Source: Endomicrobiales bacterium
Lineage (GTDB): Bacteria; Elusimicrobiota; Endomicrobiia; Endomicrobiales; JALOBY01
Direction of reading: 5' to 3'
Assembly: GCA_963796955.1 (NCBI GenBank)
Contig: CAWCNJ010000009.1
Location: 30,492-94,491 of the forward strand
Length of the DNA: 64,000 bases
This document shows, piece by piece, positions 37,098 to 46,255 of this stretch (its first letter is position 1; every line of letters begins with the position of its first letter). The notes below the pieces were generated by a model. The model saw only the letters and a program-made list of their open reading frames with translations, made no database searches and was not told where the DNA came from. The position numbers and the translations under genes are program-made.

Positions 37098-37138
37098 AAG
37101 ACCACCTGGCCTTCCAGCCGGATGGTCTTTTGTGTTTT
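37098..37138 (+). terminator. Rho-independent terminator after the nucleotidyltransferase / small-ORF pair
   Basis: AAGACCA-cc-TGGC cttcca GCCG-ga-TGGTCTT followed by TTtgtgTTTT. Confidence 0.55.
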
Positions 37139-37333
37139 CGGTATAAAAAGCTAGTCATCAGTAAGTGCATAATATGCGCGTGCTGCAGCGGTTCGAAAAG
37201 ACCATGTCGTCATGGTGGAAGATGTTGAGAAATGACCGCACTAAAGAAAAGTTAAAATAAACAGTTATGCGTTCGGTTAAGAGAAATTTGACAGAAGATA
37301 CAATAGGACGCATTCGTGTAAGGTTTGGGGGCA

Positions 37334-37362
37334 GTAGGGGCGGGCCTAGCGTCCGCCCGTGA
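37334..37362. repeat. Left arm of a perfect 29-bp inverted repeat (itself a GGGCGG/CCGCCC hairpin)
   Basis: gtaggggcgggcctagcgtccgcccgtga is the exact reverse complement of 37514-37542. Confidence 0.9.
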
Positions 37363-37513
37363 TAAATACCACATAAAATTATCAAAATTAGGACAAATTG
37401 TTGATACCCATTGGCAAAATATCCAAAATCAATATGACAATGTCCAATTGGATAAATATGTTGTTATGCCAAACCATATTCACGGTATTTTGATTATTGA
37501 TCATTCGTTGTCG

Positions 37514-37542
37514 TCACGGGCGGACGCTAGGCCCGCCCCTAC
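37514..37542. repeat. Right arm of the perfect 29-bp inverted repeat
   Basis: tcacgggcggacgctaggcccgcccctac. The arms are 151 bp apart and bracket the HUH-coding fragment. Confidence 0.9.
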
Positions 37543-37888
37543 GAACACAATATTCGCGAAATTACTACAATATCTATAATTCGACTAATTTAACGTGTGC
37601 TGGGTGGCGATGAGTGAAAATGTTTTAGCAATGAGCCAGTGACAAAATGTAATCGACTGAAAATGATGTCTTCACATAAAAGCTATTTTCTAGGATTTCA
37701 AACTGGAACCTTAAAGAAAGGGTTTCATGCCATGTATTTGCCTCGCAGCCTAAACGCAACCTCGCATTAATTACCGCTATTAACATATTTTAGGCAGGCT
37801 AAACACTGTTATTGCCTAAATACATTTGGGAAATAGGTCACTTTTTTGCTAAAATGTCCAGTAGATATTGCACAATGAGGGTTAAACA

Positions 37889-38668
37889 ATGAACGCGATA
37901 AAGCTGGTTGTATGCGGTGCTGCTGGTAGGATGGGGACTAGTATCATTCGGCTGGCGAAAAATGATAATGCGTTTGCTATTACCGGGGCGGTGGAATTTA
38001 GCACTCATCCGGACCTCGGCAGGGGGGACCCTAAGCTGACTTCTGATTTTTCGGGTGCTTTATCAAACTGCGATGTGGCGATTGATTTTACTTCGCCTGA
38101 GGCGACGATGGAGCACCTGGCGGTTGCCGTGAAAGCGAACAAGGCTATCGTGATAGGCGCTACCGGTCTTAGCGACGAACAGAAGGCGCAGATCGTTGTT
38201 GCCGGCAAAACTATTCCGGTTGTTTTTGCTCCGAATTTTTCGCGGGGAATAAACCTTTTGCTCAATGTGGTAGGGACTGTCGCAAAGGCCTTAGACGGTT
38301 ATGATATTGAAATAATGGAGATGCACCACAATAAGAAAAAAGACGCGCCTTCCGGGACAGCTGCAAAACTGGCAGAGGTTATTGCCAGGGCCCGTGGTAA
38401 GGATATGAAAGATGTCGGCGTCTACGGCCGTGAAGGCCAATGCGGTGCACGCACAAAAGACGAGATCGGCGTAATGGCCCTGCGCGGCGGCGATGTTTTC
38501 GGCGACCACACGGTCTATTATTGCGGTCCCGGTGAAAGAATAGAAATAACGCACCGCGCAGATTCACGCGACACATTCGCCGCCGGCTCCCTGACAGCGG
38601 CAAAATGGCTTGCAGATAAAAAGCCGGGTTTATATGACATGCAGGATGTTCTGGGTTTAAAGAAATAG
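37889..38668 (+). CDS. dapB: 4-hydroxy-tetrahydrodipicolinate reductase
   Basis: KLVVCGAAGRMG...IDFTSP...VIGATG...APNFS.G...EMHHNKKKDAPSGTA. Confidence 0.92.
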   Translation: MNAIKLVVCGAAGRMGTSIIRLAKNDNAFAITGAVEFSTHPDLGRGDPKLTSDFSGALSNCDVAIDFTSPEATMEHLAVAVKANKAIVIGATGLSDEQKAQIVVAGKTIPVVFAPNFSRGINLLLNVVGTVAKALDGYDIEIMEMHHNKKKDAPSGTAAKLAEVIARARGKDMKDVGVYGREGQCGARTKDEIGVMALRGGDVFGDHTVYYCGPGERIEITHRADSRDTFAAGSLTAAKWLADKKPGLYDMQDVLGLKK

Positions 38669-38680
38669 GAGGCAGTGTAC

Positions 38681-39433
38681 ATGGTTTATCTTCGATTTGC
38701 GGCGGACGGGCTTAACCGGTATGGGATCCTGGAAGGCAAGACAGTGTATGAGATCACGCCCAATTTTTTTGGCGCGTTCAAGAAGACCGGCGAAAAGTAC
38801 CCGCTGGCTAAAGTAAAGCTGCTTGCCCCGTGCAGGCCCGGCAAGGTGATATCCCTCGGCCTTAACTACCGCGAACACGTTAAAGAAATGAAGATGGCCG
38901 CGCCGCTTAATCCCGTGATATTCCTTAAGGCGCCTTCTGCCGTTATAGGCACCGATGAAAAAATAGTAAGCCCCAAGATCAGCAAACATGTGGATTTTGA
39001 GGCGGAACTGGCGATCGTTATCAGGAAGAAGGCCAGGAACGTTGCGCCGAAAGACGCCCTTGATTACGTGTTAGGCTATACCTGCTTGAATGATGTTACC
39101 GCCCGCGATATACAACGCCTTGATGGTCAATGGGCGAGAGCAAAGTCGTTCGACACCTTTGCACCCATCGGGCCCTGGATCATCAGCGGCATTAACGGCG
39201 ATAATCTGAAAATTGAAAGCTTCCTTAACGGCAAAAAGAAACAGAGCTCCAATACCAGCGATATGGTTTTCAGCGTGGCGGAGATCATTTCATTCGTCTC
39301 TGAAACCATGACGCTTAATCCCGGAGATGTTATTTCCTGCGGCACCCCGCCGGGCGTCGGCCCCATGAAAAAGGGCGACACGATAAAAATTAAAATTGAA
39401 GGTATAGGCGAACTGGTAAATACTGTTGCCTAA
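38681..39433 (+). CDS. Fumarylacetoacetate hydrolase (FAH) family protein
   Basis: GLNYREH...P..FLK...DFEAELAIVI...GYT..NDVTARD.Q......W...KSFDTF.P.GP...PGD.I..GTP.GVG. AGGAGG lies 8 nt before ATG 38681. Confidence 0.85.
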   Translation: MVYLRFAADGLNRYGILEGKTVYEITPNFFGAFKKTGEKYPLAKVKLLAPCRPGKVISLGLNYREHVKEMKMAAPLNPVIFLKAPSAVIGTDEKIVSPKISKHVDFEAELAIVIRKKARNVAPKDALDYVLGYTCLNDVTARDIQRLDGQWARAKSFDTFAPIGPWIISGINGDNLKIESFLNGKKKQSSNTSDMVFSVAEIISFVSETMTLNPGDVISCGTPPGVGPMKKGDTIKIKIEGIGELVNTVA

Positions 39434-39434
39434 C

Positions 39435-39803
39435 ATGAAAAGATACATCGCGTGGCTGGTGAAATTTCTTTCGGGGCACGAAGATCCGAAAGAACCGCAT
39501 TATGACCCTGTCCACATAGGTATGACGGTGGTCTTTAGTATTTTTGCTATCGGCCTTATGTTCTGGTTGTTCTGGTGCCTGCTGGTATTCGGCGGCGGGC
39601 TGCAGGCGAAGCTCGTTCCGGCATTTCAGCTGGCTACGCACGTAAGGACCCTGGCTGACTTTGGCTATATCGGTTACCCGTATGCGATGGGCGTGTTCGA
39701 GGGCTGGCCTACCAATCTGATAGCGTTGATCATTCTTCTGGCATTGATCGCCGCTGTCGGGTCGCTGCTCAGAGAACCAGTTCAAAGAAAAGGAAAGAAA
39801 TAG
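39435..39803 (+). CDS. Hypothetical membrane protein (2-3 TM helices)
   Basis: MKRYIAWLVKF...IGMTVVFSIFAIGLMFWLFWCLLVFGG...LIALIILLALIAAVGSLL. No recognisable family. Confidence 0.4.
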   Translation: MKRYIAWLVKFLSGHEDPKEPHYDPVHIGMTVVFSIFAIGLMFWLFWCLLVFGGGLQAKLVPAFQLATHVRTLADFGYIGYPYAMGVFEGWPTNLIALIILLALIAAVGSLLREPVQRKGKK

Positions 39804-39805
39804 AA

Positions 39806-40969
39806 ATGAAGATCTCGTACAACAATAAGCTGGCAAAGCTGCCGCCGTACCTGTTCGTAGAGATAGACCGTAAGAAAAAGGCCGCGATTGAACGCGGTGT
39901 AGACATAATTTCCCTCGGTGTCGGCGATCCGGACAAGCCTACGTTCGCCCACATCGTGAAGGCCGGACAGGACGCCCTGGCAAAGCCCGCCAACCACCAG
40001 TATCCTTTCGGCGCCGGCATGATGGGTTTTCGCAGCGCGGTCGCCGAATGGTACAAGGAACGGTTTAACGTCGTTATCGATCCCGTAACGGAAGTGCATT
40101 CGCTTATCGGCTCAAAGGAAGGCATCGGGCATTTTCACCTGGCGTTCATTAACCCGGGCGATGTGGTGCTTATCCCTGAACCGGGTTACCCGGTCTACAA
40201 CACCGGTACCATATTTTCCGACGGCGTGCCGTATTTCATGCCGCTGAAAGAAGAGAACGGTTTTCTGCCGGACCTGCAGGCTATACCGGAAGAGATACGC
40301 CGCAAGGCCAAGATCATGTTCATCAATTATCCCAACAACCCGACTGCCGCCGTGGCGCCGCGGTCTTTTTACGAAGAGGTCGTTGCATTCGCGAAAAAAT
40401 ACGACATCATCATAGCTCACGACGCCGCATACTCTGAGATCTATTATGAAAATAAACCCATGAGCTTTCTTGAAGTTCCAGGCGCTAAGGACGTGGGTGT
40501 TGAATTCCACTCGCTTTCCAAGACCTATAATATGACCGGTTGGCGTATCGGTTTTGTGGTGGGCAACGCCGAAATAGTGAAGGGTCTCGGCATGGTGAAG
40601 GATAATTATGACTCCGGCGCTTTTCAGGCGATACAGGAAGCCGGCATAGCAGCTCTAAAAGGCACGCAGGAGCCGGTAGAACAACTGCGCAAAATGTATA
40701 AAGAGCGGCGCGATGTGCTGTGCGACGGTCTGATAAACCTTGGCTGGAAGGTGACCAAACCGGTCGCGATGTTCTATGTCTGGGCGCATACGCCCAAAGG
40801 TTTCACCTCCGCTGAAACGGTGGCCAGGCTTTTAGACGATGCCGGTATCGTGTGTACGCCGGGCAACGGCCTGGGCGCCTCGGGCGAAGGGTATGTTCGT
40901 TTCGCGTTGACCGTTGATGTGCCGCGTATCAAAGAAGCGTTGCTCCGTCTTGCAAAGATCAGATGGTAA
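39806..40969 (+). CDS. dapL: LL-diaminopimelate aminotransferase
   Basis: LPPYLFVEIDRKK......G.DIISLGVGDPD.PT...NYPNNPT...SLSKTYNMTGWRIG (PLP Lys). Embedded in the dap operon. Confidence 0.8.
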   Translation: MKISYNNKLAKLPPYLFVEIDRKKKAAIERGVDIISLGVGDPDKPTFAHIVKAGQDALAKPANHQYPFGAGMMGFRSAVAEWYKERFNVVIDPVTEVHSLIGSKEGIGHFHLAFINPGDVVLIPEPGYPVYNTGTIFSDGVPYFMPLKEENGFLPDLQAIPEEIRRKAKIMFINYPNNPTAAVAPRSFYEEVVAFAKKYDIIIAHDAAYSEIYYENKPMSFLEVPGAKDVGVEFHSLSKTYNMTGWRIGFVVGNAEIVKGLGMVKDNYDSGAFQAIQEAGIAALKGTQEPVEQLRKMYKERRDVLCDGLINLGWKVTKPVAMFYVWAHTPKGFTSAETVARLLDDAGIVCTPGNGLGASGEGYVRFALTVDVPRIKEALLRLAKIRW

Positions 40970-41457
40970 CCGCCTATATAGGTATTGGTTCGAACGTAGG
41001 CGAACGCTTAAGTAATATTCAATCGGCAATTGCCGCTCTGAAAAAAACCGGGGTCGTTGAGCAGGTGTCGCCGGTCTATAAAACGGCGCCGATCGGCCCG
41101 AAGCAGCGAGATTTTTTAAATTGCGTTGTTGCCTTGCGCACCGCGCTTGAACCTGAAGAGCTGCTGCGGGAAGTTAAAAAGATAGAAACGGAAATGGGAC
41201 GCCCAGTGGTAGATCTGCGCTGGGGTCCGAGAATTATAGACCTGGATATACTGCTTGCGGGTAAAGCGGTGATAAACACTCCGGTACTGAAGATACCGCA
41301 CGCTGAGATGCATGAACGGCTTTTTGTGCTTGTGCCGCTTTCGGATATCGCGCCGAACACGGTACACCCGGTTAAAAAGAAACAGATAGCAACGTTGCGC
41401 GACGAACTTATGAACCGCCACACCGGACAGAAAGTGATACCATGGAAAAAACAGTAA
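40963..41457 (+). CDS. folK: HPPK, canonical paralogue 2
   Basis: [12 protein letters not shown]...[19 protein letters not shown]...[13 protein letters not shown]...[16 protein letters not shown]. Confidence 0.9.
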   Translation: MVTAYIGIGSNVGERLSNIQSAIAALKKTGVVEQVSPVYKTAPIGPKQRDFLNCVVALRTALEPEELLREVKKIETEMGRPVVDLRWGPRIIDLDILLAGKAVINTPVLKIPHAEMHERLFVLVPLSDIAPNTVHPVKKKQIATLRDELMNRHTGQKVIPWKKQ

Positions 41458-42242
41458 CAACGGCCACCCTGAAGGCGATGAAAGAGCGCGGCGAAAAGAT
41501 CGCGGTGCTGACCTGTTATGATTTCAGTACGGCCAAAATATTAAATGAAGCCGGTGTCGACGTGCTGCTCGTCGGCGATTCTCTCGGCAACGTGAAGCTC
41601 GGTTATGAGAACACGCTCGCGGTGACCGTGGAAGATATGATCTATCATGCCAAGGCGGTTAAACGCGGCAACAGCCGGGCAATGCTCTGGGTGGACATGC
41701 CTTTCCTTTCATACGAGGCTTCAACGGCAGATGCCGTCCGCAACGCCGGCCGCATATTAAAAGAGACCGGGGCGAACGCCGTAAAACTGGAAGGGGGCGC
41801 GGAAGTGGCTCCCATGGTGAAAGCGGTCGTGAACGCCAAGATACCCGTCGTAGGGCACATCGGCCTGACCCCTCAGGCGGTGAACCAATTTGGCGGCTTT
41901 AAAGTTCAGGGAAGAACGGATGCCGCCGCGAGGAAACTTATCGGTGATGCCCGGGCTCTTGAGAAAGCCGGCGCATTCGCGTTAGTCATAGAAGGCGTTC
42001 CCTCGTCGGTCGCGAAAAAGATCACCGCCTCTGTGAACATAGTTACTATTGGCATCGGGGCGGGACTTGAGTGTGACGGACAGGTGTTGGTGACCGACGA
42101 TATGCTCGGTATGTACAGCGAATTTAAACCCAAGTTCGTAAAAAATTACGCGAAGCTGCGCCCGGCGATCCTTTCCGCCGTAAAAGCGTATTGCAGTGAA
42201 GTCCGGCAGCGGTCTTTTCCGGACAGCGAACATTCCTATTAA
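41442..42242 (+). CDS. panB: 3-methyl-2-oxobutanoate hydroxymethyltransferase
   Basis: [10 protein letters not shown]...[17 protein letters not shown]...DMPF.SY...VKLEGG...GHIGLTPQ...FKVQGR. Confidence 0.93.
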   Translation: MEKTVTTATLKAMKERGEKIAVLTCYDFSTAKILNEAGVDVLLVGDSLGNVKLGYENTLAVTVEDMIYHAKAVKRGNSRAMLWVDMPFLSYEASTADAVRNAGRILKETGANAVKLEGGAEVAPMVKAVVNAKIPVVGHIGLTPQAVNQFGGFKVQGRTDAAARKLIGDARALEKAGAFALVIEGVPSSVAKKITASVNIVTIGIGAGLECDGQVLVTDDMLGMYSEFKPKFVKNYAKLRPAILSAVKAYCSEVRQRSFPDSEHSY

Positions 42243-42253
42243 AAGGCGTTTCG

Positions 42254-43099
42254 ATGAAAGTGGTCCGCTCTGTTGAACAGATGCAGAAGATCGCCGGATC
42301 TTTGAAAAAGCAGGGAAGAACGATTGGTTTTGTGCCGACCATGGGGGCGCTTCACCGGGGGCATATGTCCCTGGTTAAACGTGCCGGAGCGGCGAACGAT
42401 ATCGTTGTTGTCTCTATTTTTGTCAACCCGGCCCAATTCGGTCCGGGCGAAGATTATCTGAAATATCCGCGGCCATTCGCCGCCGACAAAGCGGCCTGCG
42501 CGCAAAACGGGGTTGATGTTCTTTTTGTGCCTGACCCTGAGCAAATGTATCCCGAAAATTATCTGACCTATATCAGCGTTGAAAAGATGGGCGATGGATT
42601 ATGCGGCGCGTTCAGGCCGGGACATTTCCGCGGTGTCGCCACGATCGTCGCGAAACTATTCAACATCGTGCAGCCGGACGCCGCTTATTTCGGTTCAAAG
42701 GATTATCAGCAGCTGAAGATAATCCAGCGCATGGTACAAGATCTTAATTTTCGCGTGAAGATAGTTCCCTGTCCTATTGTGCGGGAACCGTCCGGCCTTG
42801 CCCTGTCAAGCCGCAATCAGTACCTTTCACCTGAGCGGAAGATGCAGAGCGCGGCGCTTAACAAAGCGCTGGAATATGCCGGGGTGCATTTAAAAGCGGG
42901 TGCCTCGGCTGCGAAAGTTCGCGAAGGCATGAAGCGGATGATCCTGGAAAGGGTCGGCGACGCGCGTTTTGATTACATAGAGATCGTGGACGCGCAGACC
43001 CTGAACCCCGTAAAAAAATTAGTTTTGCCGGTCGTGGTGGCGCTTGCCGTGAAGATAGGCACAACGCGTTTGATCGATAACAAGGTGGTCAGCCGATGA
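42254..43099 (+). CDS. panC: Pantoate-beta-alanine ligase
   Basis: GFVPTMGALHRGHMSLV...VVSIFVNP.QFG..EDY..YPR...RPGHFRGVATIV.KLFNIV.P..A.FG.KDYQQ. Confidence 0.93.
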   Translation: MKVVRSVEQMQKIAGSLKKQGRTIGFVPTMGALHRGHMSLVKRAGAANDIVVVSIFVNPAQFGPGEDYLKYPRPFAADKAACAQNGVDVLFVPDPEQMYPENYLTYISVEKMGDGLCGAFRPGHFRGVATIVAKLFNIVQPDAAYFGSKDYQQLKIIQRMVQDLNFRVKIVPCPIVREPSGLALSSRNQYLSPERKMQSAALNKALEYAGVHLKAGASAAKVREGMKRMILERVGDARFDYIEIVDAQTLNPVKKLVLPVVVALAVKIGTTRLIDNKVVSR

Positions 43100-43722
43100 G
43101 AGAACGGTTATGGTTGTTTAACGTCGTGTTCGCCCTTGCGGTCTGTTGCTCCCATGCCTCGGCAGGCTGGTCCGATAACGACGATGAAGCCGGTTCGTAT
43201 GGCACCGCACTGGCCGTATCCGCCGGCTACAATACTCTTCAACAGGGATTTGTCGGTTATACTCCGAACGCCGCCCTCGGCGTCGACTGGTATCTGCTGC
43301 CGGATGAAGCGCCCTATAATGTCCCTGACTGCGATCTTTGGAAAGAGGATCTTTTTTACCGCATTTCATTCGATTATTTTCCGATGAGCGTACCGTCCGG
43401 TAATTACGGTACGTCAGAAGACATTGCGGGCCTCAGCGGTGATGTTCTGTTCTACGCCTACCGCGGTAAGGCCGTCAATATTTTTCTGGGTATCGGGGTA
43501 GGCTATTTCCTGGATGCGATATCTGTCGATACACCCGCCACCGGACGGATGTCTTCGCAATATTATTATTTCGCGGCAAAACCTTCGCTCGGGCTGACCT
43601 ATAAGATTTCCGACAACTATGACCTGATACCTGAAGTGCGCAGTTACTGGATGTACACGGTCAATAATTATTTCACGGTCAATACCGTCTACCAGCTGGC
43701 GCTGTGCAGGAGATTTAAATGA
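43096..43722 (+). CDS. Putative outer-membrane beta-barrel protein
   Basis: Signal peptide (VVFALAVCCSHASA); alternating hydrophobic beta-strand pattern; aromatic residue (F) close to the C-terminus. Confidence 0.45.
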   Translation: MRERLWLFNVVFALAVCCSHASAGWSDNDDEAGSYGTALAVSAGYNTLQQGFVGYTPNAALGVDWYLLPDEAPYNVPDCDLWKEDLFYRISFDYFPMSVPSGNYGTSEDIAGLSGDVLFYAYRGKAVNIFLGIGVGYFLDAISVDTPATGRMSSQYYYFAAKPSLGLTYKISDNYDLIPEVRSYWMYTVNNYFTVNTVYQLALCRRFK

Positions 43723-44633
43723 GAAGATCTCTCTTCCGGTCACTGGCGCTCATAGTGCTGGCCGGCTGCAACCGTGTCTCCAACCCGGTACTTTCCACGC
43801 CGCCCGCATCCGATACCGCGGTGCGTATGCAATGTCCCGAGGTAGAGAACTCAAAATTTCCGGATTGCCGGGCTTTCGTGCTCGTCACGAACCAGGCTGA
43901 CGCACCGATCACCGATTTCAGTATCGGGAACTTCACCGTTGTTGAAGAGGGCAAGCCGACCGTTGTTACCAGTGTTTCAAAGGTTGACCCGTCCGCCGAT
44001 CCCCTGGCAGTAGTGATCTGCCTGGACAGGAGCGGAAGCATGGATGGTAAGCCCACGAACGATCTGAATGCTGCGGCGAAACAGTTCATTGACAACCTGG
44101 GCAGCAACGACAGCGCCGAGATAATAGATTTTTCCGGTCAAGCTTCGGTCACGCAGGAATTTACCACAAATAAAAACCTGCTCAAGACCGCCGTTGATTC
44201 GGGTGTGGCAGGCGGCTCCACAGCGCTGTACGACGCCATCGGTATGGCGGCGAACAACCTGAAAAGCTTTCACGGGCGTAAATATATTCTGGTCATCACG
44301 GACGGCTTTAATAACGCGAGCATGAGTTTTACGACACCCGAAGCAACGGCCGATCAGGTTAACCGGGCCGGGGTTGCTTCCTACATAATAGGTCTGGGGA
44401 CGGATATCGATACCGCCTCTTTGACGTTGATCGCCAATGATACCAACGCCCGCTATTTCAACGCGCCTTCGTCCAGCCAGCTGGCGGCTTATTTTTCGCA
44501 GATACAGAACCTTATGCAGAATCTTGTCTCGATACGCTATCGCAGCCGTGAAGGGAACACCATGCGCTCTATGTCCCTTTACATTAATTATGGCAGCTTC
44601 GCCCAATCCGTGACGCGTAAATATGGCTACTAA
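43719..44633 (+). CDS. von Willebrand factor A (VWA) domain lipoprotein
   Basis: Lipobox LAGC. MIDAS DRSGSM...GGSTALYDA...VITDG. Confidence 0.75.
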   Translation: MRRSLFRSLALIVLAGCNRVSNPVLSTPPASDTAVRMQCPEVENSKFPDCRAFVLVTNQADAPITDFSIGNFTVVEEGKPTVVTSVSKVDPSADPLAVVICLDRSGSMDGKPTNDLNAAAKQFIDNLGSNDSAEIIDFSGQASVTQEFTTNKNLLKTAVDSGVAGGSTALYDAIGMAANNLKSFHGRKYILVITDGFNNASMSFTTPEATADQVNRAGVASYIIGLGTDIDTASLTLIANDTNARYFNAPSSSQLAAYFSQIQNLMQNLVSIRYRSREGNTMRSMSLYINYGSFAQSVTRKYGY

Positions 44634-46233
44634 CACATTCAACACCGATTATCTTATTGTCGGTAACGGGATAGCGGGACTCAGTTTTGCCCTGAAAGCC
44701 GCGCAAACCGGCACCGTGGCCGTTATAGCAAAGCGCAGCCTGATGGACGCTGCCACCACGTACGCTCAGGGCGGTATAGCTGCTGTGCTGGATCCCGAAG
44801 ACGCTTTTGAAAATCACATCTCGGATACGCTGGTAGCCGGCGCCGGGCTTTGCGACAAAGAGATCGTCGAGCTGGTCGTGCGCGACGCTCCTGCCAGGAT
44901 AAAGGAATTGATAAGGCTCGGCGTGCAATTCACGCAGGAAGTGAACGTCGATAACGACTACGAGCTCGGTCTGGAAGCCGGCCACTCGCACCGGCGTATA
45001 ATCCATGCGGGTGATATTACCGGCGCCCAGATCCAGCAGGTGCTGGTAGCGCACGTGCGTAACACGCCGAACATACGGGTCTTTGAAAATCATATCGCTG
45101 TCGATCTTATAACCAGAGGCAAGATAGAGCGGAAATTCGCGGGAGCCGATGAACGTTGTTACGGTGCGTATGTGCTGAACAATGCCGACGGTTCGGTAGC
45201 GACCATGACGGCAAAAACGGTGGTGCTGGCGACGGGCGGCGCGGGCAAGGTGTATCTGTACACCTCTAACCCCGATGTTTCCACCGGCGACGGGATTGCC
45301 ATGGCCTACCGCGCGGGCGCCGTTATCGCGAACATGGAGATGGTGCAATTCCATCCGACCTGTCTCTATCATCCAAAGGCGAAATCTTTCCTGATCTCCG
45401 AGGCCTTGCGGGGGGAAGGTGCGGTGCTGCGATTGGCGGACGGCACGGCTTTCATGGAAAAATACGACCGCCGCAAGGATCTGGCACCGCGTGATATCGT
45501 CGCGCGTGCTATTGATAATGAGATCAAAACACGCGGCATAGACAACGTTTATCTGGACATAACGCACCGGCCGGCCCGGTTCCTTATGGACCGGTTCCCG
45601 AATATTTACCAGAAGTGTTTTTCCTTCGGGATAGACCTGACAAAAGACCCGATACCGGTCGTGCCTGCCGCCCATTATTTTTGCGGCGGGGTACGCACGG
45701 ACCGGGACGGGCAAAGCAGTATAGGGGGGCTCTACGTAATAGGGGAAACGGCCTGTACCGGATTGCACGGGGCGAACCGGCTTGCCTCGAATTCTCTTCT
45801 TGAAGCACTGGTCTTTGCGGATCGCGCCTATAATAAAAGCTTGCAGGTATCGGCGCGCGGCGCTGTTCCGGAAATACCCGCCTGGAACGCCGGCTCAGCG
45901 CGCAATAGCGATGAATCGGTTGTCGTTAAACAGAATTGGGAAGAGATACGCCACTTTATGTGGAATTATGTGGGCATCGTAAGATCCGACAAGCGGCTTG
46001 CCAGAGCGGCCAGCCGCATAGAGCTTTTGCAGGCGGAAATAGCGCAGTATTATTGGGATTTTTTTGTGACGAACGATCTGATAGAACTGCGCAACATAGC
46101 CACGGTCGCCCAACTTATTATAAGCAGCGCCCGTAAAAGGCTGGAAAGCCGGGGTCTTCATTACACGATAGATCATCCTGATATGGCACAGACGGCGCAA
46201 AGCACGCTCATACAACGTTTTCCAGCGGAGTAG
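44623..46233 (+). CDS. nadB: L-aspartate oxidase
   Basis: DYLIVGNGIAGL...AQGGIAA...HSHRRI.HAGD.TG...GLYV.GE.ACTGLHGANRLASNSLLE. Confidence 0.93.
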   Translation: MATNTFNTDYLIVGNGIAGLSFALKAAQTGTVAVIAKRSLMDAATTYAQGGIAAVLDPEDAFENHISDTLVAGAGLCDKEIVELVVRDAPARIKELIRLGVQFTQEVNVDNDYELGLEAGHSHRRIIHAGDITGAQIQQVLVAHVRNTPNIRVFENHIAVDLITRGKIERKFAGADERCYGAYVLNNADGSVATMTAKTVVLATGGAGKVYLYTSNPDVSTGDGIAMAYRAGAVIANMEMVQFHPTCLYHPKAKSFLISEALRGEGAVLRLADGTAFMEKYDRRKDLAPRDIVARAIDNEIKTRGIDNVYLDITHRPARFLMDRFPNIYQKCFSFGIDLTKDPIPVVPAAHYFCGGVRTDRDGQSSIGGLYVIGETACTGLHGANRLASNSLLEALVFADRAYNKSLQVSARGAVPEIPAWNAGSARNSDESVVVKQNWEEIRHFMWNYVGIVRSDKRLARAASRIELLQAEIAQYYWDFFVTNDLIELRNIATVAQLIISSARKRLESRGLHYTIDHPDMAQTAQSTLIQRFPAE

Positions 46234-46255
46234 CACCACAGGAGGCCGTAATCGA

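Larger units (their letters stand above)
37325..37579 (+). mobile_element. Degenerate REP-associated tyrosine transposase (RAYT / IS200-IS605 TnpA, Y1 HUH) gene fragment
   Basis: ...KLSKLGQIVDTHWQNIQNQYDNVQLDKYVVMPNHIHGILIIDH...RADARPAPT. The HUH motif (HIH) is kept, but the N-terminal strand and the C-terminal catalytic-Tyr helix are missing. Only 84 codons. Confidence 0.5.

Noticed and set aside
37158-37385. 75-aa minus-strand ORF in the AT-rich insertion
   Set aside because: No SD and no motifs. It runs through the left REP-like hairpin arm and is most likely fortuitous.
43977-44645. 222-aa minus-strand ORF, and similar ones at 46592..47344, 47383..47976, 1645..2277, 34542..35090, 62432..62932 and 63226..63732
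   Set aside because: All lie fully inside well-supported + strand genes (VWA, HK, FAD oxidoreductase, dapF, giant ORF) and show no recognisable motifs.
44584-45768. 394-aa minus-strand ORF
   Set aside because: It lies entirely antisense to nadB, whose + strand translation carries every L-aspartate oxidase motif. The antisense product is an Arg/His/Gly-rich string without motifs, typical of a shadow ORF in a codon-biased gene.
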